Part shown: positions 9,940 to 20,847 of the stretch, piece by piece
Layout of the letters: every line of letters starts with the position of its first letter
Numbering within the stretch: the stretch's first letter is position 1
Assembly: GCF_001194135.2 (NCBI RefSeq)
Contig: NC_068984.1
Location: 99,009,296 to 99,049,932, forward strand
DNA: 40,637 bases
Direction: 5' to 3'
Origin: Octopus bimaculoides
Lineage: Eukaryota
The notes under the pieces: model-generated
What the model saw: the letters and a program-made list of their open reading frames with translations, nothing else
Databases searched by the model: none
Told to the model about the DNA's origin: nothing
Made by a program: the position numbers and the translations under genes

Positions 9940-10864
9940 GTGTGTCTTTGTGTTTGTCCCCTCATTACTGCTTTACAACCGGTGTTGGTATGTTCATGAC
10001 CCCATAAGTTAATGATTCAGCAAAAGAGACCAATATAGGGTGGCCACAAAGTCATGCATCATGAGAGATATCAAGTATGCTTCATCAGCAATGGAGTAAA
10101 TAATCCATTACAAATGTTCAAAGTGTTAGCTATGTAACTCTAAACAAGTGTTCATACGGAATTTGAAATTGCAATGAACCTTCTCAAATAGTTCTTCATT
10201 GCTATTGACTAGTTCACACACTTCAACAATTTTTTGAAGAAGATGTCCTTGGTCACGAATCTTTTTTCAAAATGCACAAGGGATTTAATGTAGCCCCAGA
10301 AGAGAAAGTCCAGGGCAGCTAAATCTGGTGACTATGGTGCCTATTCAACTGGCCCTCGATGCCCAAGCCATCTCCCTAGAAAATATTCATTCAGAAAATC
10401 ACAAACTAGTAATGCATAGTGGGGTGGAGATCCATCCTGCTGAAACCAGACAAAATTTTCCCTTCCAAGTGAACGCACTTAAGGCATCATCTTGTTGCCA
10501 AGCATGTCCAGATACAAATCATCTATCACAGAGCTCCCAAAATAAAATGGGCCAATTACTTGATTGTGCCAAATCCCACACCACACCATTAACTTGGCCC
10601 CACCTTGTTAATTATCTGCCTCCATCCAATGAGGATTGGTTTGTGAGTAATATCAGCAGTTGTGAAAAGAAATAAAAAAAGAGAATGTTAGCCATTTCAC
10701 ATATTGCAGGATGGTGTTTGACTTTATGGCCACCCTGTAGAATAGGTACAAGACTTAAGAAATAATTCCTTGGGTTGATTTGTTTGGCTAAAAGAAACCT
10801 TTCAAGGTGGTGTTCCAGCATGGCTGCAGTCAAATGGATGAAACAAGTAAAAGAATAAAAGAAT
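9940..10864 (+). mobile_element. 3' half of a family A SINE, split by a DNA transposon (9940-10035 and 10738-10864)
   Basis: Removing 10036-10737 and one TA restores GCAAAAGAGACCAA-TA-GAATAGGTAC, collinear with intact copies. Confidence 0.85.
10036..10737 (-). mobile_element. rosa-type (DD41D) Tc1/mariner internal-deletion derivative
   Basis: TIRs (T/C)AGGGTGGCCA(C/T)AAAGTCA and TA duplication. Minus translation LMVWCGIWHNQVIGPFYF...WFQQDGSPPHYALLVCDFLNEYFLGRWLGHRGPVE*AP*SPDLAALDFLFWGYIKSLV has 41 residues between the 2nd and 3rd Asp. Confidence 0.88.
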
Positions 10865-11054
10865 CCTTGCATAAGGTTTGACAGAAAATACAGACATTGG
10901 GTCATAATTTCAAATTATGCACAAATAACTTACATGCAGTAGTTTTAACTCTTTCTATTTATTCTGTCTTCAATAATTATGAAATACTTCCATATAATTA
11001 TCTGATGCATTGTATCACAAACAAACTTAACTACTCCTTTCATTGTCTCATGAG

Positions 11055-11572
11055 GAGGCACATGGCTTAGTTTAGGGTGTTGGACTCATGATCATAAGAT
11101 CGTGGTTTCAATTCCTGGACCTGGCAACGCATTGTGTTCTTGAGCAAAACACTTCATTTCATGTTGCTCCAGTCCACTCAGCTGGCAAAAATGAGTAATC
11201 CAGCAATAGACAGGCATCCCTTCTAGGTGGGGAATTTATATGCCACGGAATGTAGGACACTGGCCCTAATGAGTCAGTATGACTCAAGAACGTAACTTCA
11301 TCTATTATGGAAGCATGTAGCTTGGTGGTTAAGGTGTTGGACTCATGAATGTAAGGTTGTGGTTTCGATTCCTGGACTGGGCAATGCATTGTATTCTTGA
11401 GCCAAACACTTCATTTCATGTTGTTCCAGCCCATTCAGCTGGCAAAAATGAGTAATCTTGAGATGGACCAGTGTCCCATCCAGGTGGAAAATTTATATGT
11501 TATGGAAACTGGAAAACTGGTCCTTATGAGTCGGTGACTCACGAAGAAAAACTTTACCCTTACTTTACCTTA
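11055..11572 (+). mobile_element. Two head-to-tail tRNA-derived SINEs (family B; 11055-11308 and 11309-11572)
   Basis: Each has A/B-box-like TGGCTTAGT..G and GGTTTC(A/G)ATTCC, body CCAGTCCACTCAGCTGGCAAAAATGAGTAATC, and a TGAGTC..GACTCA tail hairpin. Confidence 0.85.
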
Positions 11573-12080
11573 TTGTCTTATGAATGTTGTTCTTGTACCG
11601 GTAAATCAAATATTTGTACACATAAATGTAAAGATTCTGGGTTAATAAAAATATTTGAAAACTCAAATGAATATTAGTTTGGTCATTCTCACCTTCAAAT
11701 GCAGCCTGCTTAATACTGTGAAGTGCCAATGACAAATTAATTATTAAGGAATACACTAAAAGAAGAACAACCAGTAAAATGTCTTTAAGTTAATATGAAG
11801 AACAATTAAATCAGGGAATTTCTTAAATTAACATGTAGTGAAGGAGGAAAGAATTATAGCTAGAATTTTGGATTTTAAAAATATCATCTAACGTTAAAGT
11901 AATAATGCTGAACTAATTAAAGATTGTTAATAATATTAAGGAAGATAATGAATGAAGAATAACAACCAGGGAGATGAAAAAATTCTGAAGTTAATACGTG
12001 AGCGCGTTTTTAAGTTAATATTTATTAAATAATTGCATTGCGGAAATGCTTGAGTTACTATTTAATAAATGAGAGGGGCG

Positions 12081-12089
12081 GTGGTAGTG

Positions 12090-12184
<95 letters not shown>

Positions 12185-12252
12185 GGTGGTGGTGGTGGTG
12201 GTCGTGGTGGTGGTGGTGGTGGTCGTGGTGGTGGCAGTGGCAGTAGGAGGAG
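12081..12252. repeat. Compound microsatellite: (TAG)n grading into (TGG)n
   Basis: Read directly; explains the six homopolymeric ORFs in the track. Confidence 0.97.
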
Positions 12253-12464
12253 GATATAAGTAATAGAGAAAAAAGAAGAGAAATAATAAGAGAGACAAAG
12301 CAAAAGGGAAGATTAATAGATAGAATTATTAGATAAGCATTAGCTATTAGAAGTGTAAGAATTAGAGGAATGTAGTATAATTCAGAGAGAACAAAAACAG
12401 AAATTACTATAAGCAGATATGTAAAAATACATGTAATATTGATTTTAGAAAAGGATCTGTGTAT

Positions 12465-12825
12465 AGGCACAGGTGTAACTGAGGGGTAAGAAATTTGCTT
12501 CTCAACCACATGGTTCTGGGTTCATCCCATTGCATGGCACCTTGGGCAAGTCTCTAATTATATAGCCTCAAGCTGACTAAAGCCTTGCGAGTGCATTTGG
12601 TAGACGGAAACTGAAAGAAGTTCATTGTATGTGTGTGTGTATGTGTTTATGTGTGTGTGTCTTTGTATCTGTGTTTGTTCCCTCACCATTGCTTGACAAC
12701 CGATGTTGGCGTGTTTACGTCCCCTATAACTTAGTGGTTCAGCAAAAAAGACTGATAGACTAGTATTCCTCAAGCCTGTGTCCCCACATGACCACAATCT
12801 AATGACTGAAACAAGGAAAGAAATA
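12465..12825 (+). mobile_element. Near full-length family A SINE
   Basis: Head, CORE-like segment, (TG) tract and tail are collinear with 5826-6225; short internal deletion near the 3' end. Confidence 0.88.
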
Positions 12826-12984
12826 TATAAATGGGTAAAAAAAAGGAAACAAGGAAAAAATATATTAACGGGTAGATCAGCTCACCTATTTGTCAGTTGG
12901 GGTAATTGATGGGTTAAAAGTGTTTTTATGTCTTAAACTCTTGTGCATGCATGATGAAAAATGCTTGTTTAGAAGAGGGGATAT

Positions 12985-13125
12985 GACAAAGTACACTGGT
13001 TTCAAATTTTGACACAAGGCCAGCAATTTCGTAGGGGGTGGAGTAAGTTGATTACATTGGCCCTTGTGCTCAACTGGTACATACTTTGTTGATCCTGAAA
13101 GGAGTGAAAGACAAAGTCTACCAAT
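12985..13125 (-). mobile_element. Fragment of a further SINE-like repeat
   Basis: CAACTGGTACATACTTTGTTGATCCTGAAAGGAGTGAAAGACAAAGTC resembles the central domain of a molluscan SINE, from memory only. Confidence 0.45.
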
Positions 13126-13139
13126 GCATGATTATATAT

Positions 13140-13530
13140 ACTCTTTTACATTTTTACTTGTTTCAGTCTGCAGCCATGCTGGAGCATCGCCTTTAGTCGG
13201 GCAAATCGAACCCAGGACTTATTCTTTGTAAGCCTAGTACTTATTCTATCGGTCTCTTTTGCCAAACTGCTAAGTTACGGGGATCTAAACACACCAGAAT
13301 CGGTTGTCAAGCGTTGTTGGGGGACAAACACAGACACACAAACATATATATATATACATATATACGACGGGCTTCTTTCAGTTTCTGTCTACTAAATCCA
13401 TTCACAAGGCTTTGGTCAGCCCGAGGCTATAGTAGAAGACACTCGTCCAAAGTGCCACGCAGAGGGACTGAACCCGGAACCCTGTGGTTGGTAAGCGAGC
13501 TACTTACCACACAGCCACTCCTGTGCCTAT
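13140..13530 (-). mobile_element. Full-length family A SINE, the least decayed copy (CpGs retained)
   Basis: High similarity to 5826-6225 along its whole length. Confidence 0.92.
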
Positions 13531-13534
13531 GCAT

Positions 13535-13723
13535 CTCTATCTACATACCTACCAACCATCTACTTACTTACCTTTGTACATACATACATATGTATATGTA
13601 TATCTATCTATCTATCTATCTATCTGTCTGTCTATCTGTCTGTCAGTCTGTCTGTCTGTCTTCTATCTATCTATGTATATATAAGTATACTTTTATATAC
13701 AAATATATAAATATATTTATATA
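13535..13723. repeat. Compound microsatellite block (CTAC/CATA/TATC/TGTC/TA)
   Basis: Read directly. Confidence 0.9.
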
Positions 13724-16700
13724 TCTATATATATAATGCAGAGTTTGTGTGTGTGTGTGTGTGCACACATGCGCATATGTTCCTTATGCATTCGAAAATT
13801 TTGACGTATGGGGTATCAAAAGATTCAGTAAACATTCGGCTACCAAATAAACTTTATTTTCGTTTACATATTCGCATTACAAAAATTTAACATAATCTTT
13901 TTTTCAGTCAACTATTGTAAACAAAATCTTATACCACCACTACGTCACATTTTCTATGCGATTATGTATGTGTCTGTCAGTATGTGTGTGTTTGCATGTT
14001 CGTTACGTATGTTAGGCCTACGACTGAAAAGTATATGTGTGTGAGTGTGTGTGTGATGGAATATGTGTCTATCAGTATGCATACATTTTTGTGACAACTG
14101 ATACACACACACACACACACATACATACATCTAAAGCCAGAGACAGACACACAGGGGGACAGAGATGGGCATGAGGTATGCGTGAATGTATGTCTGTGTA
14201 TGTCTGTCTTAGTATATGTATATGATTGTACTGCCCAATAGTGAAACACATTGAATTTGAAAGAGTTTAGTATAGTTGTGGCTTGGATATTGAATGAACA
14301 ACAGCATTTACTTTGAAGTACCACTGTTTGGATTTTCGTTTCCATTATGTAGAGATGCAGTTTAAACAGCATTAACAATTATCACTACTTATGCGCTGAA
14401 ATATCATTCTGGATTTTATAACCAGCATGAAGATTTGGCTGATTTGACAGCACTCACAACACCCACAAATACATCTGAAAAATAATGTTATTCTGGTTAT
14501 TATAATAAATTTGGAACTTGGCGAAGTAAGAAAACCTTAGTGACTCTTTCAATATAATTACAGAAATTTTATCCCAGTCCTTATAACGAGTTTGAAGATA
14601 ATTCTTTTTTTACAATCCTATCATCCTTATCAATATTTCTGCTATGCTGCTTTAACAGTGTTAGTATTCAATGCCATGCAACCTTTTTATTGCATTAATC
14701 AGTGTTCATTCTACAGCCTATAACCTTACACAGTTAAAATATATAGTAAGTGATCTCAAATTAATTTATGTCTTGCTCCATACATCCTTCAGCAAATGTT
14801 TTAAATTAATTAACGTTCACAACAGTAACATATTCTTTTGTACACACTTTGTTCAGTGTTTGTTTAAAAATTGTAAAATAAATTATTTTTGTATGAAAAA
14901 TTGAATTATGCCTTCTGAACTTTCTTGGAGCTTGACTTTCTTCACTGTGACACTCAATACTGGATTTTATAACATTTAGTACATGTTCCAATAAATGTTG
15001 ACTTTCTGCACTTTGTTACATTGGTGACACAGCAATTTATGCTAAATTGGGGACTTTCCAATGCTGGAATATTTCCTTTGGAAATATTCCCCAAAATAAA
15101 TTTTTATAGCAAAACTATGCTACAGAAAGTATGTTTTGCCCCTATATTGACTACATTTCATTTTGCTTGAACTTCGTGTGTGAACGTTTTGCTGTTCCCA
15201 ATATTATCAGTTTTATGACTGTGTATGAAGTAGCCATCCTTATGGTAGGTGATCTCCATGAAAATTGTGATATTCTCATTCGTGCTCAAGATAACAACCT
15301 TAAATGTGTTTCAGAGACTCATCCTTCTTATGATGTTCTCCAGTATCCTCTTATTTTGTGGAATGGACAAGATGCATCATTTCAATATTCCACAGATTGA
15401 ACCTGCAACAGGAGAGCCAATTACAAACAGAAAGGTGTCATCAAGTGATTTCTATTCTTTCCAACTGATGTTAAGATCAGAACAATCAAATCAATTACAC
15501 ATGTATCGTGATCTATTTCAACAATTCTTGGTTGATACGTATGCTAAAGTTGAGAGTCAGCGTCTCCTCTACATTCGTAACAATCAAAAACGTTAAGGAC
15601 TAAAAATTATGTCCATCTCCAAGATGCTCTGAGGACAGATGGTAATATTCAAAACACAGGGCAGCTTATAATCTTTCCATCATCATTCACAGGAGGTCCT
15701 TGATATATGCACGAATGGACACAAGATGCTATGACATATGTCAGGATGTATGGAAAACCAGATCTTTTTGTCACTTTCACCTGCAATCCTAAATGGGAGG
15801 AAATAAAATTCTAACCTTCTTCCAGTATTGCATTTTCTGGTATTGCAACTACCCTCCTCACCGAGGGAAGAACTGCTCATTCCATGTTCAAGCTCCCTCT
15901 AAGCTTTGCAATGAAAGAATCTCAAATGTGCAACATTTCCAAAAACACTGCAATGGCAACGGTTCTCCAACAAATTTGCCTCATTGTTTGGAATGAGTGC
16001 ACTGTCACACTGTGGAGCTCTAGAGGTACTTGACCATACCTCCAAGACATAAAAGCCAATAGCACGCTCATGGGAGAAGTAACAGTTCTTCTTGCAGGAG
16101 ATTTTCATCAAGCATTGCCAGTTATACCCAAAGGATCAAAAGCTGATGAGGTCGATGCATGTTTCAAAAAATCGTACCTTTGAAGATATGTGGAAAAAAC
16201 TTCATTTTACAAGCAACATCAGAGTACTTCTACAAGGTGATCATACGAGCTTCTTAAGATTGGTAATGGGATATTAACATTCAACTCAAGACTTCAGCTA
16301 CATGAAATTACATGCGGTCAAATGATAATTTCTCTTAGGGATCTTATGGATAAAGTATTTCCTAATTTATCTGTCAATTACACGGATGTAAACTGGCTAT
16401 ATGAAAGAGCTATAGTAGCTCCCTCTAATGAAATAGTTGATAAACTCAATCATGAACTTCTTCAAAAGTTAAAAGATACATCAGAAATGACTTTTCAATC
16501 AATTGACAACAGTTGATTATGATCAGGTTGTTCAATACCCTGTTGAATTTCTGAACACACACTATGTTGCTTGCTTGCGAGTTGGAAGCAGCAACAATTT
16601 ATTCAATTTGACGCCAACAAAACATTACACAACGAATATTGTTTACCCCAAGGTGCTTCAACATTGACAGATTTTCAGTTCAAAATTCTATCATTTCAAT

Positions 16701-16823
16701 TTGGTTATCTTTAATAAAATATAGATATTTTGAAATAATTATGAGAATATATCTTTATATTTATTGTTTGCTAATCTGAATAAGAACAGCAGTAACCCAG
16801 GCAATGCCAGGTCATTCAGTTAG
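13724..16823 (+). mobile_element. Helitron with both termini; internally deleted, non-autonomous
   Basis: 5' A|TCTATATATATAATGCAGAG followed by (TG)n. 3' hairpin ACCCAGGCAATGCCAGGT (CpG-decayed) then TTAG|T (CTAG variant). Inserted at an A|T site, with RepHel pseudo-ORF inside. Confidence 0.8.
15222..16660 (+). pseudogene. Helitron Rep/PIF1-helicase pseudogene in three collinear blocks
   Basis: EVAILMVGD..ETHPSYDVLQYPL..LFQQFLVDTYAKVESQRLLYIR..PSSFTGGP..YGKPDLFVTFTCNPKWEEI | SSGIATTLL.EGRTAHSMFKLP..LLAGDFHQALPVIPKG..ERAIVAPSNE..YPVEFLNT | YVACLRVGSSNNL..TTNIVY. Many stops and frameshifts. Confidence 0.93.
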
Positions 16824-17189
16824 TATGTATATGTATATGCAACTCCATCTGTATGAAGAAGAAGAAGAAGAAGAAGAAGAAGAAGAAGGGATGATGATTA
16901 AAATGACAACGATGATGACAATGATCATGATGATTACAGAATTTATTTCATAAATCTCACAAAAATTTACATAGGCAAACACGCAGATACTTACATATAC
17001 ATACTTACACATATACATGTACACACACAACACATGCATCCACATGCACACACACACACACACACACACCAGCTATTGTTTATAACACTTCAGCTGTGAT
17101 AAATAAACAGACGTAAATACATTTTGTTATTCTCTTTGTACACAGTAAGCTTATCCTGCCATGTTTCATGACTTATTTATCACACCTCG

Positions 17190-18622
17190 AAAAACAAAGT
17201 ACTTATCACTCTTATTCAATGAAGTGTACTTGATAGCATTTACTATTTAAATTAGACACAAACCAACTGAAATGACTTGTCTAATTTGTGTGTAAGAAAA
17301 CACTTTCTAGAGCAGAGCAATTTGTGGAAGCATATTTACTTTGATCATCTGAAACTTGCAGCCTTTCTACATTGACTTGAAATTAGGGAACAAAAAATGT
17401 CTGCTGGGGGAAAAATCTGGAGAGAAGGGTTGCTAAAATGAGGGGAGACTTGCCTCAGGATTAATCAAAAGGAGTGTGTGAGTAGATGTGTTGTCATGGT
17501 GCAGCATCTAGATTTTGTTTGTTCATACCTCAGGGCTCTTCATTTGAACTCTATGAATCATTTCAAGACATCCAAGTAAACCTCTGTATTGTCTGACATG
17601 GAACAAACTGATGATGAAGGATTTCCCTACCAATAAGAGAAAGGTGATTAATATGAGGTGAAGGCACATGGCTTAGTGGTTATGGGCATTCAGGTCATGA
17701 TCTTAAGGTCAATACATCTATTACTGGCAGTGTGTTGTGTCTGTGAGCAAGACAATTTATTTCTTGTTGCTTCAGTCCACTCAGCTGGCAAAAATGAATC
17801 GTATCTGTATTTCAAAGGGTCATCCTTGTCACAGTCTTTGTCATGCTGAATCTCCCTGAGAACTAATTTAAGGGTACATGTGTTTGGGGAGTGCTCAGTC
17901 ACTTGCACATTAATTTCATGAGTAGGTTGTTCTGTTGATTGGATCAACTGGAATCCTTAACCTCATAACCAATAGAATGCCAGTTTTAAGATTAATATCA
18001 CCTTTATATTTGAGTGGGCTTCTCAATAATCAAATATCTCCTAGCTGACTATGACTCATTTATCTTTTTGTTCATCTGTCAGAAGATGCAGCACAAATAA
18101 TATAGCAGCTCCACACTGAAGTGTTATAAAATCATATGGCAGAGATTTTTATTAATGCCTTCAATGTCCGGTGTTGGGTGTGTCATATCTCAATGTGCAC
18201 TTTTATGCTATCTTCATCCATTGTCATGGAAGATCACATCCAGATTTAGAATTGTCTCCAGGGAAGTTATTTCTCATTTGAAACACAGGACCATTTGTGA
18301 CATTGTCCATAACTGAAACAATTCTTTACTTTGCTGAGCTATAACATTAGAAAAGTCCTTGTAAAAGTTTTTCCCAATTCAAAACAGAATTTCACATACA
18401 AATATTGCTTTTCTAGATCCCTCATTGTCCAGTTTGTGACAAAATTGTCAAGTGCACTAGATACATTCATTCTCGTGCATGTGGATCAATAACCAATGGA
18501 CATGACTTCATGGGCTATTATTAGACTGAAGGCCAAGTTCTCTTATACTGCTGCTGCAAATACATTGCATCAACTGGCTAGCATGCAGTTTAAAAGTAAC
18601 ATTTATTTTTGGATACACTTTG
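17190..18622 (-). mobile_element. Decayed mariner (DD34D-type) element interrupted by a SINE
   Basis: Minus translations MRDLEKQYLYVKFCFELGKTF..LLTDEQK, GILHHQFVP..YLDVLK, MLHHDNTSTHT, PFSPD..ADIFLFPNFKS. TIR-like GTGTATCCAAAAATAAA at the right end. Left boundary approximate. Confidence 0.8.
17660..17985 (+). mobile_element. tRNA-derived SINE (family C: family B head and body, different 3' tail) nested in the mariner
   Basis: Shares CAGTCCACTCAGCTGGCAAAAATGA with 11055-11572. Its tail matches 19567-19880 in reverse. Confidence 0.85.
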
Positions 18623-18734
18623 TGCATGTGTGTGTGCATATATGACTGTATATACATACATATGTACATCCATCCATCCATCCATACACACACACATACA
18701 TACATACATACATACATATATACATACAATAGGG

Positions 18735-19163
18735 AAACCTCCGTATATTATTTATGTTAGAAGTAAAGAGCATATGTTTGGATATTTGTTGTTTCCAATT
18801 TATTAAGGGTTTGTTTCTTTCTCATTTCTTATTCCAAACTTTGACATACAAGAGATAAAAACCAAAAGGAATGGAAGGCATTATCAGATTCCAACATCCC
18901 CTTTTCTTAAACTCATGGCTACGAAACCTATACAACAAGAGTTTAGCATTTAAAGATCCTCGGTTGTACATCCGCCTCCTGAAAAAATAACAAAATTTAA
19001 TTAAAGTTTTCCCCAGAGACTTTTTAAAGGTATCTAAGTGTACTTTGCTCAAACATACCAAGTCAGTCATCTATAAAAGGCTTCAACTGAAGAATGCATG
19101 GATCTACCAACAAGATATGATACATACACTGAGTTCAAATGTCTCTGGAAACATTAGACCCTT
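18735..19163 (+). mobile_element. 3' fragment of a second CR1-like LINE
   Basis: NGRHYQIP..LYNKSLAFKDPRLY..NLIKV..FKRYLSVLCSNIPSQ parallels the C-terminus seen at 735-985. Confidence 0.6.
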
Positions 19164-19192
19164 GTTTATATATATATATAAATATATATATA

Positions 19193-19562
19193 TGTTTTGC
19201 CTTTTACTTGTTCCAGTCATTAAACTGTGGCCATACTGGGACACTGCCTTGAAAACTTTTAGTCATACGAACTGACTCCAGTAATGTTTTTCTTTTTTAA
19301 GCTTGGTAATTATTCTCTTGATCTCTTTTGCCAAACCACTATTTTATGAGGACGTAAACACAGCAACACCAATTGTCAAGCAGTGGTGAGGGACAAGCAC
19401 ACACACAATAGCCTTCTTTTGCTTTCCTCTACCAAATCCACTCACAAGGCTTTGGTCAGCCTGGGACTATAGCAGAAGACACTTACCCAAGGTGCCATGC
19501 AGTGAGACTGAACCTGGAGCCCTGTGCTTGAGAAGCAAACTCCTTACTACACAACTATACCT
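19193..19562 (-). mobile_element. Family A SINE, decayed
   Basis: Collinear with the other family A copies. Confidence 0.87.
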
Positions 19563-19566
19563 GTTA

Positions 19567-19880
19567 TGACGATGAGGGTCCCAATTGATCTGATCAATGG
19601 AACAGCCTGCTCTTGAAATTAAAGTCTAAGTGGCTGAGCACACCACAAACATATGTACTCTTAACATAGTTCTCAGGGAGATTTAGCATGACACAGAATG
19701 TGACAAGACTGTCCCTTTGAAATACAGATACTACTAATTTTTCCAGCTGAGGGGGCTGGAACAATGTGAAATAAAGGGTCTTGCTCAAGTATACAACACA
19801 CTGCCAGTTATTGAACTCACAACCTTACGATTGTGGGCTGAATAACCTAACCACTCAGCCATGTACCTTCATACCTGCAC
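19567..19880 (-). mobile_element. Family C SINE
   Basis: Reverse complement aligns with 17660-17985. Confidence 0.85.
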
Positions 19881-19903
19881 CTATATATATGTATGTATAA
19901 GTT

Positions 19904-20207
19904 TGGAGTCAGTTCGTATGACTAAAAGTTTTCAAGGCAGTGTCCCAGTATGGCCACAGTTTAATGACTGGAACAAGTAAAAGGCAAAACATATATATAT
20001 ATATATATTTTTTTATTTTTTTTAAGTTTCAGCTTAGAGCTGCGGCCATAAGGGTCTAATGTTTCCAGAGACATTTGAACTCAGTGTATGTATCATATCT
20101 TGTTGGTAGATCCATGTATTCTTCAGTTGAAGCCTTTTATAGATGACTGACTTGGTATGTTTGAGCAAAGTACACTTAGATACCTTTAAAAAGTCTCTGG
20201 GGAAAAC

Positions 20208-20215
<8 letters not shown>
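19904..20215 (-). repeat. Inverted near-identical duplicate of 18998-19280
   Basis: Blocks 18998-19163 vs 20050-20215 (165/166) and 19194-19280 vs 19904-19990 (87/87). The middle differs. Confidence 0.97.

Positions 20216-20283
<68 letters not shown>
20213..20283. repeat. (TA)n microsatellite
   Basis: Read directly. Confidence 0.98.
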
Positions 20284-20287
<4 letters not shown>

Positions 20288-20513
20288 CTTTGCCCTCTCA
20301 AGTCACTCACATTGCTTTCATTATGTATACCTACCTTAGAATGCTGAATATCCCTATCATACATACCACTTATCCCTATTATTCATACTTCTCTTTTCCA
20401 TCTTTCATGCTACTACCACTCTTGCTTCTCATTCTGAAAAGGGGTTGAATGAGCAAGCAGAGATTTAGTGTCTGCTGTTGTCATGAAAAATACACCCAGC
20501 ACACTCTTTGAAG

Positions 20514-20845
20514 CAGTGGTTCTCAACCAGGGTCCATATCGTCCCTGAGGGGTCCATGCAAAAAAAAAAAAGTAATGTGGGGATCCACAACAGTATTTTA
20601 AGGGCCTCTGAAAAAATTTTGCTTTAGATGGATATATTGGTATGTATTGCATGAAATAGCAAGGTTTCTTTATCTAACGTTTTACATAGTTCCACCTACA
20701 CAACATAATGTGTGGGAAACGAAATAGGAATTTTGTAAGAAGTTTCTATAAAACTAGTTTTTAAACATCAAATGGCTATGGGAGACCACCAGAATAAACT
20801 AGCAATCAAAGAGATCTGCAGATAAAAAATTGGTGAGAATCCCTG
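20514..20845. mobile_element. hAT (Charlie-like) MITE
   Basis: Termini CAGTGGTTCTCAACC and, reverse complemented, CAGGGATTCTCACCA. No clean 8-bp TSD. Confidence 0.7.
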
Positions 20846-20847
20846 CT

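Noticed and set aside
11055-11130. tRNA-like sequences at SINE heads (also 6150-6225, 12465-12540, 13455-13530, 17660-17730)
   Set aside because: A/B-box remnants without a proper acceptor stem, continuing into SINE bodies; not tRNA genes.
12015-12509. Poly-Ser/Gly, poly-Val, poly-Thr, poly-Leu/Pro and poly-Tyr/His ORFs
   Set aside because: All six frames of one (TAG)n(TGG)n microsatellite; no coding signal.
14900-15065. hAT dimerisation-domain relic (minus) or Helitron N-terminal zinc-finger relic (plus)
   Set aside because: Both similarities are weak and mutually exclusive; kept only as a note in the cargo finding.
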